DNA of 64,000 bases from Clostridia bacterium (lineage in GTDB: Bacteria; Bacillota; Clostridia; UMGS1840), in assembly GCA_017468465.1 (NCBI GenBank), contig JAFUIN010000001.1, positions 14,425 to 78,424 on the forward strand. Reading direction: 5' to 3'. This document shows positions 38,096 through 48,726 of this stretch, one piece after another. Each line of letters begins with the position of its first letter. Positions within the stretch are counted from its first letter, which is position 1. The translations under genes and the position numbers were made by a program. The notes under the pieces were generated by a model. The model was not told where the DNA came from. It made no database searches and saw only the letters and a program-made list of their open reading frames with translations.

Positions 38096-38117
38096 TGTTA
38101 TACAAATCCTCTTTCTC

Positions 38118-39041
38118 TTATTTGTAGGAGTCTGCCATCAGCATGGTCATAATTGCCTTTTGTGCATGGAGACGGTTTTCTGCTTCTTGGAAAATGCGGG
38201 AGTGGGGTCCGTCGATGACATCTTCGGTTACTTCAAATCCACGGTATGCCGGCAGACAATGGAGGAAAATGGAATTTTCGCTGGTTAAAGAGAACAGCTT
38301 TTTGTTTACCTGATAGTCACCAAATTCTTTTACCTTGGTTTCTTTTTCCGATTCCTGCCCCATACTTACCCAAGTGTCGGTATATACAATATCTGCACCC
38401 TTCATTGCTTCTTCGGGGTCAACGGTTTCTACAATTTTGCAGTTTTTTGCTAAATCTTTTGCCTTTTCAATCTGGTCGGGGACGCATTTATATTTTTCGG
38501 GAGTTGCAATGTAGCAGTCGATGCCTGCCATTGCACAAGCGTGTGCCAGAGAATGTGCCATATTGTTGCCGTCACCCACATAGGCAAATTTTAAGCCTTC
38601 CAGCTTGCCGAATTCTTCGTAAATGGTTTGCATGTCTGCCATTGCCTGACAGGGATGCTCCAAATCAGTTAAGGCGTTGATAACGGGGATAGAGCCGTAT
38701 TTTGCCAAATCGTAAACATCATCCTGAGAGAAGGTACGAATCATAATGCCGTCTAACATGCCCGACAGCACGTTTGCAGTATCGTAAATGGTTTCGCCTC
38801 TTCCCAGCTGGATATCATTAGAGCTTAAAAACAGAGGATGACCGCCCAGCTGATACATTCCCACTTCGAAGGAAACACGGGTTCTTGTGGAGGATTTTGC
38901 AAAAATCATCCCCAGGCTTTTTCCGGAAAGATAGGGGTGAGGGGTGCCGGCCTTCTGCATCTTTTTCAGTTTGTGTGCCAGGGTTAAAATATCGTCAAAT
39001 TCTTGTTTTGTAATATCGGTAATACTGATAAAATGTTTCAT
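38118..39041 (-). CDS. argF: Ornithine carbamoyltransferase
   Basis: SSTRTRVSFE, HPCQAMAD, FLHCLPAY motifs. Confidence 0.95.
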   Translation of the reverse strand: MKHFISITDITKQEFDDILTLAHKLKKMQKAGTPHPYLSGKSLGMIFAKSSTRTRVSFEVGMYQLGGHPLFLSSNDIQLGRGETIYDTANVLSGMLDGIMIRTFSQDDVYDLAKYGSIPVINALTDLEHPCQAMADMQTIYEEFGKLEGLKFAYVGDGNNMAHSLAHACAMAGIDCYIATPEKYKCVPDQIEKAKDLAKNCKIVETVDPEEAMKGADIVYTDTWVSMGQESEKETKVKEFGDYQVNKKLFSLTSENSIFLHCLPAYRGFEVTEDVIDGPHSRIFQEAENRLHAQKAIMTMLMADSYK

Positions 39042-39058
39042 GTCTATAAATTCCTTTC

Positions 39059-40243
39059 TTAATAAGCGGTGAGAAGCTCTGTAAGCTTTGCTGTGAGTAA
39101 ATCAATTTCGTTTTTGGTGATAATCAGCGGGGGAACCAACCGGAATACAGTTTCGCCAACGGTTCCAACCAAGAAGCCTGCTTCAAACAGCTGTTTGGAG
39201 AGAGCTTTTGCAATGGGCTGAGCAAATTCAACCCCAATCATCAGCCCTTTTCCGCGCACTTCCCTTATCAATGGGAATTTTTCTTTGAGCAAATTCAGTT
39301 CATTCATAAAGTAAGTGCCCATTTCTTTGGCGTTATTCAAAACACCGCCGAGGAGTTCGTTTACCACACAGATTCCGGCTGAGGTTGCCAACGGATTTCC
39401 GCCAAAGGTGGTTCCGTGGTCTCCGGGGGTAAATGCAGCAAACTGCTCTTTACAAAGGATTGCACCAATGGGAATTCCACCTGCCAACGCTTTCGCCAAG
39501 GTGAAAATATCCGGTTCCACTCCGACGGTTTCATAAGCAAATAGGGTGCCGCAACGTCCCATGCCGGTTTGCACTTCATCAAAAATCAGGACAATATCTT
39601 TTTCGGTACAAATTTTTCGGATTTCCTGTAAGTAAGCTTTTTGCAGCGGTCTTACGCCGCTTTCGCCCTGGATCACCTCCAGCATCACTGCACCGGTTTT
39701 CTCGGTAACAGCTTTTTTGAAGGCTTCGATGTCATTTGCCGGAACATGAATGAATTTTTCCACCAGAGGAGCGTAAGGCTTTTGATATTTTTCCTGTCCG
39801 GTTGCAGATACGGTTGCCAGAGTCCTTCCGTGAAAAGAATTCTCTAATGTAATCACTTCCGGCTTTTTCTGCCCTTTATTATAAAAATATTTTCGTGCCA
39901 GTTTTAAGGCGCCTTCGTTTGCTTCTGCGCCGGAATTTGCAAAGAATGCCCTGTCGCAACAGGAATTTTCGCACAGCATTTTTGCTAAATTTGCCTGAGA
40001 TTCAATGTAGTACAGACTGGAGGTATGTATCAGTTTTTTCGCTTGATTGCAGATGGTTTCGGTAAGCTTGGGATGGTTGTGGCCCAAGACATTTACTGCG
40101 ATTCCTGCCATAAAATCGTAATACACTTTGCCGTCGGTTGCGGTCATGGTCATCCCGTTTCCTTCGGTGAAGCAAACGGGGAGCCGCTCGCCAAAGGTAT
40201 TCATATAATACTTCCGGTCAGTTTCTCTGATTTGGTCTAACAT
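39059..40243 (-). CDS. argD: Acetylornithine aminotransferase
   Basis: Class III aminotransferase motifs: NSGAEANEGALKLARK, DEVQTGMGRCG and TFGGNP (PLP-Lys region FTLAKALAGG). Confidence 0.9.
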   Translation of the reverse strand: MLDQIRETDRKYYMNTFGERLPVCFTEGNGMTMTATDGKVYYDFMAGIAVNVLGHNHPKLTETICNQAKKLIHTSSLYYIESQANLAKMLCENSCCDRAFFANSGAEANEGALKLARKYFYNKGQKKPEVITLENSFHGRTLATVSATGQEKYQKPYAPLVEKFIHVPANDIEAFKKAVTEKTGAVMLEVIQGESGVRPLQKAYLQEIRKICTEKDIVLIFDEVQTGMGRCGTLFAYETVGVEPDIFTLAKALAGGIPIGAILCKEQFAAFTPGDHGTTFGGNPLATSAGICVVNELLGGVLNNAKEMGTYFMNELNLLKEKFPLIREVRGKGLMIGVEFAQPIAKALSKQLFEAGFLVGTVGETVFRLVPPLIITKNEIDLLTAKLTELLTAY

Positions 40244-40257
40244 AATTTCACCTTCAA

Positions 40258-40271
40258 TGAATAATTATACA
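40258..40271. promoter_or_regulatory. Candidate ArgR operator (ARG box)
   Basis: TGAATAATTATACA resembles the TGAAT-W4-ATTCA core. It lies between the -10 element and the argD RBS. A second weaker AT-rich palindrome (TACATATTTATACA) sits in the promoter spacer. Confidence 0.4.
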
Positions 40272-40292
40272 TTTTTAACTAATAATAAACCT

Positions 40293-40321
40293 ATTATACT
40301 ACATATTTATACATCTGTCAA
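40293..40321 (-). promoter_or_regulatory. Sigma-A promoter of argD operon
   Basis: On the minus strand: TTGACA (40321-40316), 17 nt, TATAAT (40298-40293). Confidence 0.65.
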
Positions 40322-40359
40322 TAACTTTCGGGATATTTTTTGTTTTTTGCAAAAAGATA

Positions 40360-40388
40360 TTTACAAATCGGTTATATTATGTTATAAT
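40360..40388 (+). promoter_or_regulatory. Candidate promoter of lepA
   Basis: TTTACA (40360-40365), 17 nt, TATAAT (40383-40388). This implies a leader of about 150 nt. Confidence 0.5.
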
Positions 40389-40543
40389 ACTATATTGAAA
40401 TCGTATCGTTAGTTTTTCTGCGTTCTGCAGAAGATGAGAAACCTGTGATTGAAAATTTATACAAAAAATATACAGTGTCCGTATTATGCGGAATTTTTGA
40501 AGAAAGGAACACGGCAGATTTTATATCGCCTTTTTGATAAATT

Positions 40544-42346
40544 ATGAGCGACAGACAAAAACACATCAGAAATTTCTCCATTATTGCCCATATTGACCAT
40601 GGGAAATCTACCCTGGCAGACCGCCTGTTAGAAAAAACCGGGGTTGTTTCTGCCAGAGAAATGGAAGAACAGCTTCTGGATAATATGGAGCTGGAGCGTG
40701 AGCGCGGCATTACCATTAAGGCAAGAGCCGTTCGTTTGGTGTATCAGGCAAAAAACGGAGAAGAATATATTTACAATTTGATTGATACTCCCGGTCACGT
40801 GGACTTTAACTACGAAGTGTCCCGCAGCTTAAAAGCTTGCGAAGGAGCTATTCTTATTGTGGATGCTGCGCAGGGGATTGAAGCGCAGACCTTGGCAAAC
40901 GCTTATCTGGCAGTAGATAACGATTTGGAAATTCTGCCGGTGATCAATAAAATTGACTTGCCCAGCGCCAGACCGGATGTTGTAAAAAACGAAATTGAAG
41001 ATATTATCGGGATTCCGGCAGATGAAGCACCGCTGATTTCTGCAAAAAACGGGACGAACATTGAAGATGTGCTGGAAGCTATCGCAACTGCCATTCCGGC
41101 ACCCTCAGGGGATGAAAATGCGCCCCTTAAGGCATTGATTTTTGACTCTTATTATGATGCTTACAAGGGCGTTATTATCTACATTCGTGTGATTGATGGA
41201 AAAATCACCCAAAACACTACCATGAAAATGATGTCCAACGGCAAAGAGTTTGAAGTGGTGGAATTGGGATACTTAAATGCGCTTGGCATGACGCCCTGTC
41301 AGGAGCTTTGTGCCGGCGAGGTTGGCTATGTAACCGCTTCCATTAAAACCTTGCGGGATACCTCTGTGGGAGATACTGTTACCGATAAGTTCAATCCTGC
41401 AAAGGAGGCTCTGCCGGGATATAAAGCTGTTCAGCCTATGGTGTTCTGCGGGCTATATCCGGTGGACGGTGCCCGTTATGACGATTTGAAGGATGCTCTG
41501 TTGAAGTTACAGTTAAATGACGCAGCATTGATTTTTGAACCGGAAACCTCTATTGCATTGGGCTTTGGGTTCCGCTGCGGATTTTTGGGATTGTTGCATC
41601 TGGAAATTATTCAGGAACGTCTGGAACGGGAATTCAATTTAGATTTAATTACCACTGCTCCCAGCGTAATTTATAAAATTACCAAAACAGATGGCACCAC
41701 CATGAATCTGGATAACCCCACCAATCTTCCCAATCCTTCGGAAATTGCTTCTATGGAGGAGCCGTTTGTTTCGGCAACCATTATGTCGCCTACCGATTAT
41801 GTGGGAAATATTATGGAGCTTTGTCAGGAACGTCGTGGTGTGTTTATTGATATGAAATATCTGGATGAAACGAGAGTTTCCATCCATTACGATATGCCGC
41901 TCAATGAAATTATATATGATTTCTTTGATGATTTGAAATCCCGCACAAAGGGATATGCTTCTTTGGATTACGAGCTGGCAAGCTACAAGGAGTCCAAGCT
42001 GGTGAAATTAGACATTCTCTTAAACGGCGAAATTGTGGATGCACTTTCCTTTATTGTGCATACCGATAAGGCTTATGCCCGCGGCAGAAGAATTGCAGAA
42101 AAACTCAAGGAAGTAATTCCGAGACAGTTGTTTGAAATTCCCATTCAGGCGGCAATCGGCAACAAGGTCATTGCCCGTGAAACCGTAAAAGCAATGCGCA
42201 AAGACGTGCTTGCAAAATGTTACGGTGGGGATATTACCCGTAAGAAAAAGCTTCTGGAAAAACAAAAAGAAGGTAAAAAGCGGATGCGCCAGTTTGGCAC
42301 GGTGGAAGTGCCACAGGAAGCGTTTATGTCCGTGTTAAAGCTGTAA
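40544..42346 (+). CDS. lepA: Translation elongation factor 4
   Basis: [30 protein letters not shown] and NKIDL GTPase motifs, plus the LepA C-terminal domain. Confidence 0.95.
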   Translation: MSDRQKHIRNFSIIAHIDHGKSTLADRLLEKTGVVSAREMEEQLLDNMELERERGITIKARAVRLVYQAKNGEEYIYNLIDTPGHVDFNYEVSRSLKACEGAILIVDAAQGIEAQTLANAYLAVDNDLEILPVINKIDLPSARPDVVKNEIEDIIGIPADEAPLISAKNGTNIEDVLEAIATAIPAPSGDENAPLKALIFDSYYDAYKGVIIYIRVIDGKITQNTTMKMMSNGKEFEVVELGYLNALGMTPCQELCAGEVGYVTASIKTLRDTSVGDTVTDKFNPAKEALPGYKAVQPMVFCGLYPVDGARYDDLKDALLKLQLNDAALIFEPETSIALGFGFRCGFLGLLHLEIIQERLEREFNLDLITTAPSVIYKITKTDGTTMNLDNPTNLPNPSEIASMEEPFVSATIMSPTDYVGNIMELCQERRGVFIDMKYLDETRVSIHYDMPLNEIIYDFFDDLKSRTKGYASLDYELASYKESKLVKLDILLNGEIVDALSFIVHTDKAYARGRRIAEKLKEVIPRQLFEIPIQAAIGNKVIARETVKAMRKDVLAKCYGGDITRKKKLLEKQKEGKKRMRQFGTVEVPQEAFMSVLKL

Positions 42347-43458
42347 TGATGAAAGCGGGACTTTATTTTCACATTCCTTATTGTGTCAGAAAATGTGAGT
42401 ATTGCGACTTTTATTCCATTTCGGACCTTGGGAGCCAGCAGACCTATTTTGAAGCAATTCGCAAGGAAATGGAAGGCTATCGCTACAAAAACATTTTGGT
42501 GGATTCTGTTTTCATCGGGGGCGGAACTCCTTCTTATGCAGATGCAAAAGAGGTGGAAAGTCTGTTGGAGCGGGCAAGGGAGATTTTTTCGTTTTCTCCC
42601 GATACCGAAATTACCATTGAACTGAATCCTAAAACCTTTGACGAAGAAAAACTTTTGGTGTATCGAAGAAGCGGTGTAAACCGCATCAGTATGGGGCTTC
42701 AGTCTGCCAATGATGATGAGCTTTCAAAGCTGGGCAGAATTCATACGGCAAAGGAATTCCTTTCATCCTATCATTTGCTGCGAAAAAACGGCTTTTCCAA
42801 TATCAATACCGACATTATGTATGGGTTGCCCGATTCCACTGTCACTACATTGCAAAAAACGCTGACCTTTTTGAAGGAATTGGACTGTGAGCATATTTCA
42901 GCCTATGCACTGACCTTGGGTGAAGATTCCCCTCTTTATCAAAGAGGGTATCGGTTTCCCGACGATGACGGTGTGTATGAGCAATACCGTTTGGTGTGTG
43001 AAATGCTGTCCGATTACCGCCATTATGAAATTTCCAATTTTGCAAAAGTGGGAACTTCTCCTTGCAGACATAATCTGAAATACTGGCAAAGAGCGCCTTA
43101 CCTTGGTTTTGGTGCGGCAGCGCATAGCTTTTATGAGAATTGCCGCTGGGAAAACCCTGCCGATATCCAGGGTTATATCAAGCAGATGGAAAGAGGAGCG
43201 CATTCTTTGATTACCAATATTTCGGCAGAGGAAGCAATGTGGGAAACATTGATGCTGTCTCTGCGGACAGACAGCGGTGTCAGCTTTTCCCAGCTGCCTG
43301 AGCATTTTTGGGAACAAAACCGCTCGCTACTTCAGCAATATGAAGCACATGGTTATGTCAAAACCGGCGAAACAGGTTTTTCGCTTACGGAAGACGGATA
43401 TTTTGTTTCCAACAGTATTTTGACTTCGCTGAAGCTGGACACCCTTCACAATCAGTAG
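42346..43458 (+). CDS. hemW: Radical SAM heme chaperone HemW (HemN-like)
   Basis: YFHIPYCVRKCEYCDF contains the CxxxCxxC motif. The start overlaps the lepA stop (TAATGATG), in conserved lepA-hemW synteny. Confidence 0.9.
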   Translation: MMKAGLYFHIPYCVRKCEYCDFYSISDLGSQQTYFEAIRKEMEGYRYKNILVDSVFIGGGTPSYADAKEVESLLERAREIFSFSPDTEITIELNPKTFDEEKLLVYRRSGVNRISMGLQSANDDELSKLGRIHTAKEFLSSYHLLRKNGFSNINTDIMYGLPDSTVTTLQKTLTFLKELDCEHISAYALTLGEDSPLYQRGYRFPDDDGVYEQYRLVCEMLSDYRHYEISNFAKVGTSPCRHNLKYWQRAPYLGFGAAAHSFYENCRWENPADIQGYIKQMERGAHSLITNISAEEAMWETLMLSLRTDSGVSFSQLPEHFWEQNRSLLQQYEAHGYVKTGETGFSLTEDGYFVSNSILTSLKLDTLHNQ

Positions 43459-43512
43459 AAAAACGATAGCGTCACAAGATAGATTATAAGAAAGTTTACG
43501 AGAGAGACGATT

Positions 43513-45549
43513 ATGAAAAAACAGTCTAAACAAAAGAAACAGTCACCAAAACAAAAAAAGAATATTGTAACCAATAAAGAAACCCTTTCTGTGATCAGAA
43601 AGCTGTATTCCATTCCCAATTTGGCAATCAGTTTTGTTGTGATGTGTGCCTTTTCGGTGTCACTTGCTTTTTACAATCCGATTTTGGCGGGAATACAGTT
43701 CTTCGTGTCTCTTTTGATATTTGTAATATTTCTGATGAGTGGCAACAATTCTGCCAGAAAGTTTCGTGAATATATCGAAGGTCTTTCTTTTGACGTGGAA
43801 TCTGCCAGCCACAATTCTGTGTTAAAGTCTCCTTTCCCCATGGCAATTCTGCGTGAAAACGGAGAAATTATGTGGTATAACGATTCTTTGGCGACACTTT
43901 TGCCGCAGGGAGATTATATCGGTAAAATTTTCAACCAGGTATTTTCTGAGTTTGAATTGCCCGCAGAAAGCGGAAACAAATCGGAGATTTTTCTTCAGGA
44001 ACGGAATTTTACTGTATACAGCGTGCTTGCCGATGAATCAAAATCTGCAGAGGAACGGGTATATGTTTACTACTTCATCGAAACAACTGACCTCTGTGAG
44101 CTGAAACAAAAATACGAAGAGGATATGATTGTAAAAGGTTATATCTATGTTGATAACTTAGACGAAATCACCAAGCATATCTCCGATTCGGAGCGTGCTG
44201 TGATTGCTTCTCAAACCGAAAAACTGATTTCCGATTTCGTTGGAATGCATCAGGGAGTTCTTAATAAATTTGACCGTGACCGCTATTCCTTCATCATGGA
44301 ACGGAAATTTTTTGAAGAAATTCTGAAAAATAAAATTCCCATTCTGAAAGAAGTGAAAAATATTGAAACCTACGACAGCCTGCCTGTTACCTTGAGCATT
44401 GGTATCGGCGTGGGAGAAAGTCTGGGAGAAACCGAAAACTTTTCCCGTGTGGCGCTGGATATGGCGTTGGGCCGTGGCGGTGACCAGGCGGTTATCAAAA
44501 AAGGAAACGATTTTACTTATTTTGGCGGTCAGAACAGAGAAACCGAAAAACGAACCAAGGTTCGTTCCAGAATTATTGCCTTGTCGTTTAAGGAAATGGT
44601 AGCAGAAGCCGATAAGGTGATTATTATGGGGCACAAAAGCGCTGACATGGACTCTTTGGGGTCTTGTCTGGGGCTTGCCCGAATTGCCTCTGCCTACGAT
44701 AAACCGGCGTACATCATTATTGATGAAAGCAATGTCAACACCGAAGCGGTATTCCAAAAAACCCGTGCAGATAAGGATTTTGACGATACTTTTGTCACTC
44801 CTGCACAGGCAGAAATGCTGCTAGATTCCAATACGTTGGTGGCTGTGGTGGATACCCACAAAGCATCCTTGACAGCTGCGCCTGAGATTTTGACAAAGGA
44901 CGTGAAAATCTTTTTGGTTGACCACCATCGTAAAGGTGCCGACTTTATCTATGATGCACAGCTTACCTTCCACGAGCCTTACGCATCTTCTACTTGTGAA
45001 TTGGTGGTGGAGATGCTTCAATATCTGGATGATAAAGTGAAGCTTAAAAGGCTGGAAGCAGAAAGTCTTTATGCCGGCATTTTGATTGATACCCAGAATT
45101 TTTCTATGAAAACCGGTGTCAGAACCTTTGAAGCGGCATCGTATTTACGAAAAACCGGTATGGAACCCGGTGTTGCAAAAAATCTGGTTAAAACCGATTT
45201 TGACAATTACATCAAAGTGTCTGAAATTGTCCGTTCTGCTGAAATTTATAAAGACTCTATTGCTATTGTAAGATATTACGGTGAAGAGGATAACAGCATC
45301 TTTATTGCACAGGCGGCAGATGATTTGATTGATATTAAAGGTATTGAAGCAGCATTTGTTATTTTCCGACGGGGCGAGGACACCATTATCAGTGCCCGTT
45401 CCAACGGGAAAATCAATGTGCAGGTCATTATGGAAAAAATGGGTGGCGGCGGACATCAGTTGGTTGCAGGCTGTCAAAGCAAAGAACTGACAGTTGACCG
45501 TGCCATTATGCAGATTAAAGAAATATTAGACGAAATGGAAGAAGTGTAA
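43513..45549 (+). CDS. gdpP: Cyclic-di-AMP phosphodiesterase GdpP (2 TM, PAS-like, degenerate GGDEF, DHH/DHHA1)
   Basis: Two N-terminal TM helices, GHKSADMDSLGS (DHH motif I), VDHHR, and GGGGHQLVAG (DHHA1). Located upstream of rplI-dnaB, like Bacillus yybT. Confidence 0.9.
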   Translation: MKKQSKQKKQSPKQKKNIVTNKETLSVIRKLYSIPNLAISFVVMCAFSVSLAFYNPILAGIQFFVSLLIFVIFLMSGNNSARKFREYIEGLSFDVESASHNSVLKSPFPMAILRENGEIMWYNDSLATLLPQGDYIGKIFNQVFSEFELPAESGNKSEIFLQERNFTVYSVLADESKSAEERVYVYYFIETTDLCELKQKYEEDMIVKGYIYVDNLDEITKHISDSERAVIASQTEKLISDFVGMHQGVLNKFDRDRYSFIMERKFFEEILKNKIPILKEVKNIETYDSLPVTLSIGIGVGESLGETENFSRVALDMALGRGGDQAVIKKGNDFTYFGGQNRETEKRTKVRSRIIALSFKEMVAEADKVIIMGHKSADMDSLGSCLGLARIASAYDKPAYIIIDESNVNTEAVFQKTRADKDFDDTFVTPAQAEMLLDSNTLVAVVDTHKASLTAAPEILTKDVKIFLVDHHRKGADFIYDAQLTFHEPYASSTCELVVEMLQYLDDKVKLKRLEAESLYAGILIDTQNFSMKTGVRTFEAASYLRKTGMEPGVAKNLVKTDFDNYIKVSEIVRSAEIYKDSIAIVRYYGEEDNSIFIAQAADDLIDIKGIEAAFVIFRRGEDTIISARSNGKINVQVIMEKMGGGGHQLVAGCQSKELTVDRAIMQIKEILDEMEEV

Positions 45550-45583
45550 TTCTTCTGTGAATATGAGAAAGGATGGATGAAAT

Positions 45584-46030
45584 ATGAAAGTAATTTTACT
45601 GCAGGACGTAAAAGGAAGCGGAAAAAAAGGGGATGTTATCAACAGCTCTGACGGTTATGCAAGAAATTTTCTGTTTCCGAAAAAATTGGCAGTGGAAGCA
45701 ACTGCTGCAAATTTGACGGAGCTTAAAAATCAAAAAGACTCTGTTGCGCATAAACGTGCGGTGAATCACGACAACTCCGAGAAATTAAAAGAACGTCTGG
45801 AAGCGCAGACTTTTACCATTTCTGCAAAATCCGGCGATAACGGAAAACTGTTTGGTGCAGTGACCTCCATCGACCTGGTCAAAGCCATTCAGGAGCAGAG
45901 CGGCATTGAAGTGGAAAAGAAAAAAGTGGTATTGAAAGATGCTATCAAGATGCTGGGTGTATACGAAATAACCGTAAAGCTGTTTGAAGACGTCAGCGCA
46001 AAAGTGAAAGTTGAAATTAAAGGATTATAG
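45584..46030 (+). CDS. rplI: 50S ribosomal protein L9
   Basis: [36 protein letters not shown] is canonical. Confidence 0.95.
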   Translation: MKVILLQDVKGSGKKGDVINSSDGYARNFLFPKKLAVEATAANLTELKNQKDSVAHKRAVNHDNSEKLKERLEAQTFTISAKSGDNGKLFGAVTSIDLVKAIQEQSGIEVEKKKVVLKDAIKMLGVYEITVKLFEDVSAKVKVEIKGL

Positions 46031-46036
46031 TAAGCT

Positions 46037-47368
46037 ATGGATATTGTAAGAGATTTACCCTACAGCCTGGAAGCCGAAACTGCGGTTTTGGGTTCTGTGA
46101 TTATTGATAAGGAACGTTTGCTGGAAGTGATGGAAGTGATTTCGGCAGACGATTTTTACCTGGAAAAAAACAAGGCGATTTATCAGGCGATCTCCAATTT
46201 ATTTAATTTGAATATTCCGGTTGATGTGGTTACTCTTTATGAAGAGTTGACCCGTCAGGGCATTTATGAGCAGGTTGGCGGAAAAGAGTATATTTTGGAC
46301 ATTGTAAACTCTGTTCCCACTACCGAAAATGTGAAGCACTATGCGCAGATTGTATCCGATAAAGCACACTTAAGAAAATTAATCGGCTTGTGCCAGGAAA
46401 TTGAAACCGCAGGCTATGAATCCAAAGGGGCACAGGAAGTAACCGAGCTTGCCGTGCAAAAGATTTTTGATTTGGTTTCCGAGCGGGATATGGGCGGTGC
46501 GGTGCACATTAAACAGGTTTTGTACCAAAACTATAATAAATTGGCAGAAATGATGGGAAAACAGGGAGAAGTCTCCGGTATTCCTACCGGTTTTTCTGAA
46601 CTGGACAGACGCCTTTCCGGACTTCAGCCCTCTACTTTGGTGTTGATTGCAGCCCGTCCGGCAATGGGGAAAACCTCTTTTGCCATTAACATTGCACAAA
46701 ATGTCGCCATTGGGCAGAACATTCCGGTGCTTATCTTCTCGTTGGAAATGTCCAAGGAGGAATTGGTAAACCGTATTATTTCTTCGGAAGCAAGAATTGA
46801 GTCAGACAAAATTCGTTCCGGAGAAATCAGCCCCGAAGATTTGAATAAGTTTTTAGATATTATGGAGCCCTTATCCAAGGCACCCATTTACATTGATGAT
46901 ACTGCATCCATTACGGTGACAGAGCTTCGTGCCAAAGCAAAACGGCTGAAGCTGGAAAAAGGACTGGGACTCATTGTGATTGACTATCTGCAGCTGATGA
47001 ACGGTCGTCGTTCGGAAAGCCGCCAGGTAGAAATTGCGGAAATCAGTCGTAGCTTAAAAATTTTGGCAAAAGAGCTGGAAGTTCCTGTGATCGCAGTTTC
47101 CCAGCTGTCCCGTGGTCCGGAAAATCGTGCCGACAATAAGCCGATGCTTTCCGACTTGAGAGAATCCGGTGCCATTGAACAGGACGCCGACATTGTAATG
47201 TTTTTATTCCGTGAGGAATATTATAAGCCCGAAACCACCGAAAAACATAACATTGGCGAATGTATTATCGCAAAGCACAGAGCCGGCGAAACCGGTTCCT
47301 TTGAAATGACCTGGTTGGGCAAATATACCAGCTTCTATGATTTGGAGACTCGTCATGATCCCTATTGA
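46037..47368 (+). CDS. dnaB: Replicative DNA helicase
   Basis: LPYSLEAETAVLGSVI N-terminus, Walker A ARPAMGKTSFA, and IDYLQLM, SQLSR motifs. Confidence 0.95.
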   Translation: MDIVRDLPYSLEAETAVLGSVIIDKERLLEVMEVISADDFYLEKNKAIYQAISNLFNLNIPVDVVTLYEELTRQGIYEQVGGKEYILDIVNSVPTTENVKHYAQIVSDKAHLRKLIGLCQEIETAGYESKGAQEVTELAVQKIFDLVSERDMGGAVHIKQVLYQNYNKLAEMMGKQGEVSGIPTGFSELDRRLSGLQPSTLVLIAARPAMGKTSFAINIAQNVAIGQNIPVLIFSLEMSKEELVNRIISSEARIESDKIRSGEISPEDLNKFLDIMEPLSKAPIYIDDTASITVTELRAKAKRLKLEKGLGLIVIDYLQLMNGRRSESRQVEIAEISRSLKILAKELEVPVIAVSQLSRGPENRADNKPMLSDLRESGAIEQDADIVMFLFREEYYKPETTEKHNIGECIIAKHRAGETGSFEMTWLGKYTSFYDLETRHDPY

Positions 47369-48722
47369 TGTTACAAGGTTTGATTTGTTTCGCAAAGTAC
47401 AACAAGCAGTGGCAGACAGCCATATGCTGTCTGATGGGGATTCGGTTCTGGTTGGTCTTTCCGGAGGCGCCGATTCTGTTGCTCTTTTACGGATTCTTCT
47501 GGCGTTGAAAGAGCAATATCACCTGTCTGTTTCCTGTGCACATGTGAACCACAGACTCAGGGGTGATGCGGCAAAACGGGATATGCAGTTTGTCACGAAT
47601 CTTTGCAAAAAGACGGAGGTTCCCCTTGCGGTTTTAGAAGAAGATGTGAAGGACTATGCCCTTCGTTATCATCTTTCTTTGGAGGAAGCAGGGCGCGCAG
47701 TGCGATACCGCTTTTTTACAGAGCAAAAGACCGATAAAATTGCAGTGGCACATACCAAAAATGATAATGCAGAAACCGTTTTTATGAATTTGGTAAAGGG
47801 AAATCTACCCATGGGCATTCCCCAAAAACGAGAACAGATTATCCGCCCGCTTTTGGGGATAACCAAGGAAGAGCTTGTTTCCTTTCTGGCAGAAATCGGG
47901 CAGGATTATGTGACCGATGAAACCAATTTTTCCAAAGAATATTTGAGAAATCGTATTCGCCTGGAAGCAATTCCCTATTTGGAAGAAAATTTTAACAAAA
48001 ACTTCACACAAACCGTATATAATACCTCTGACATTTTGTGGCAGGAGCAAGATTATCTGGAGGGCATGGTTTCGGAGTTTCTGAAAACGCATGCAACGAT
48101 TCAGGCGCAACGGATACAGATATCCAAAAAGGCAGTTGCCGAAGCCCACGTTGCCATTGCAAGAAAGGTAATCCGTCGGTGTTATTATCTTCTTGCAGGG
48201 GAAAAAGGACATATTTCTTACGAGCAGATTCATCGCCTGCTTGCTCTTTGCAAAAGTGGGCAAAGTGGGCAGAAAATAGAGCTTCCCTCCAAGGTGGAAG
48301 GGGCGCTTTGTAATGATTGGCTGATGTTCTCTCGTAAGCAAGAGGAAACATCTTATACTTATCCTCTTTCTTTCGGGGAATGGGTGGATGTGCCGGAATG
48401 GGATTGTGCTTTTTGTCTTGCCAAAGAAATGCCGGAGGATTGCGATTATTCTTATCCTATGGTTGTATCATCCGGTGACAGTGTATGGGTAAGAAATCGA
48501 AAAAACGGCGATAAAATTTATTTTAGTAATCAAAATATTCATAAAAAAGTTTCCGATTTTTTATCGGAGAAAAAAGTTCCGCTTTGGGACAGAAACCGTA
48601 TTCCATTGGTTTTGGTCAATGATGACATACGTGTCATTACAGGATATTTTTGGGAAAGTATTCCGAAAAAAGCAAATAATATCATACATGTTTTGATAAA
48701 ATTTAAGAGAAAAGGAAATTAG
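47337..48722 (+). CDS. tilS: tRNA(Ile)-lysidine synthase
   Basis: PP-loop VGLSGGADSVALL. Upstream of hpt-ftsH. ATG 47355 is an equally plausible start. Confidence 0.9.
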   Translation: MIWRLVMIPIDVTRFDLFRKVQQAVADSHMLSDGDSVLVGLSGGADSVALLRILLALKEQYHLSVSCAHVNHRLRGDAAKRDMQFVTNLCKKTEVPLAVLEEDVKDYALRYHLSLEEAGRAVRYRFFTEQKTDKIAVAHTKNDNAETVFMNLVKGNLPMGIPQKREQIIRPLLGITKEELVSFLAEIGQDYVTDETNFSKEYLRNRIRLEAIPYLEENFNKNFTQTVYNTSDILWQEQDYLEGMVSEFLKTHATIQAQRIQISKKAVAEAHVAIARKVIRRCYYLLAGEKGHISYEQIHRLLALCKSGQSGQKIELPSKVEGALCNDWLMFSRKQEETSYTYPLSFGEWVDVPEWDCAFCLAKEMPEDCDYSYPMVVSSGDSVWVRNRKNGDKIYFSNQNIHKKVSDFLSEKKVPLWDRNRIPLVLVNDDIRVITGYFWESIPKKANNIIHVLIKFKRKGN

Positions 48723-48726
48723 TGTT

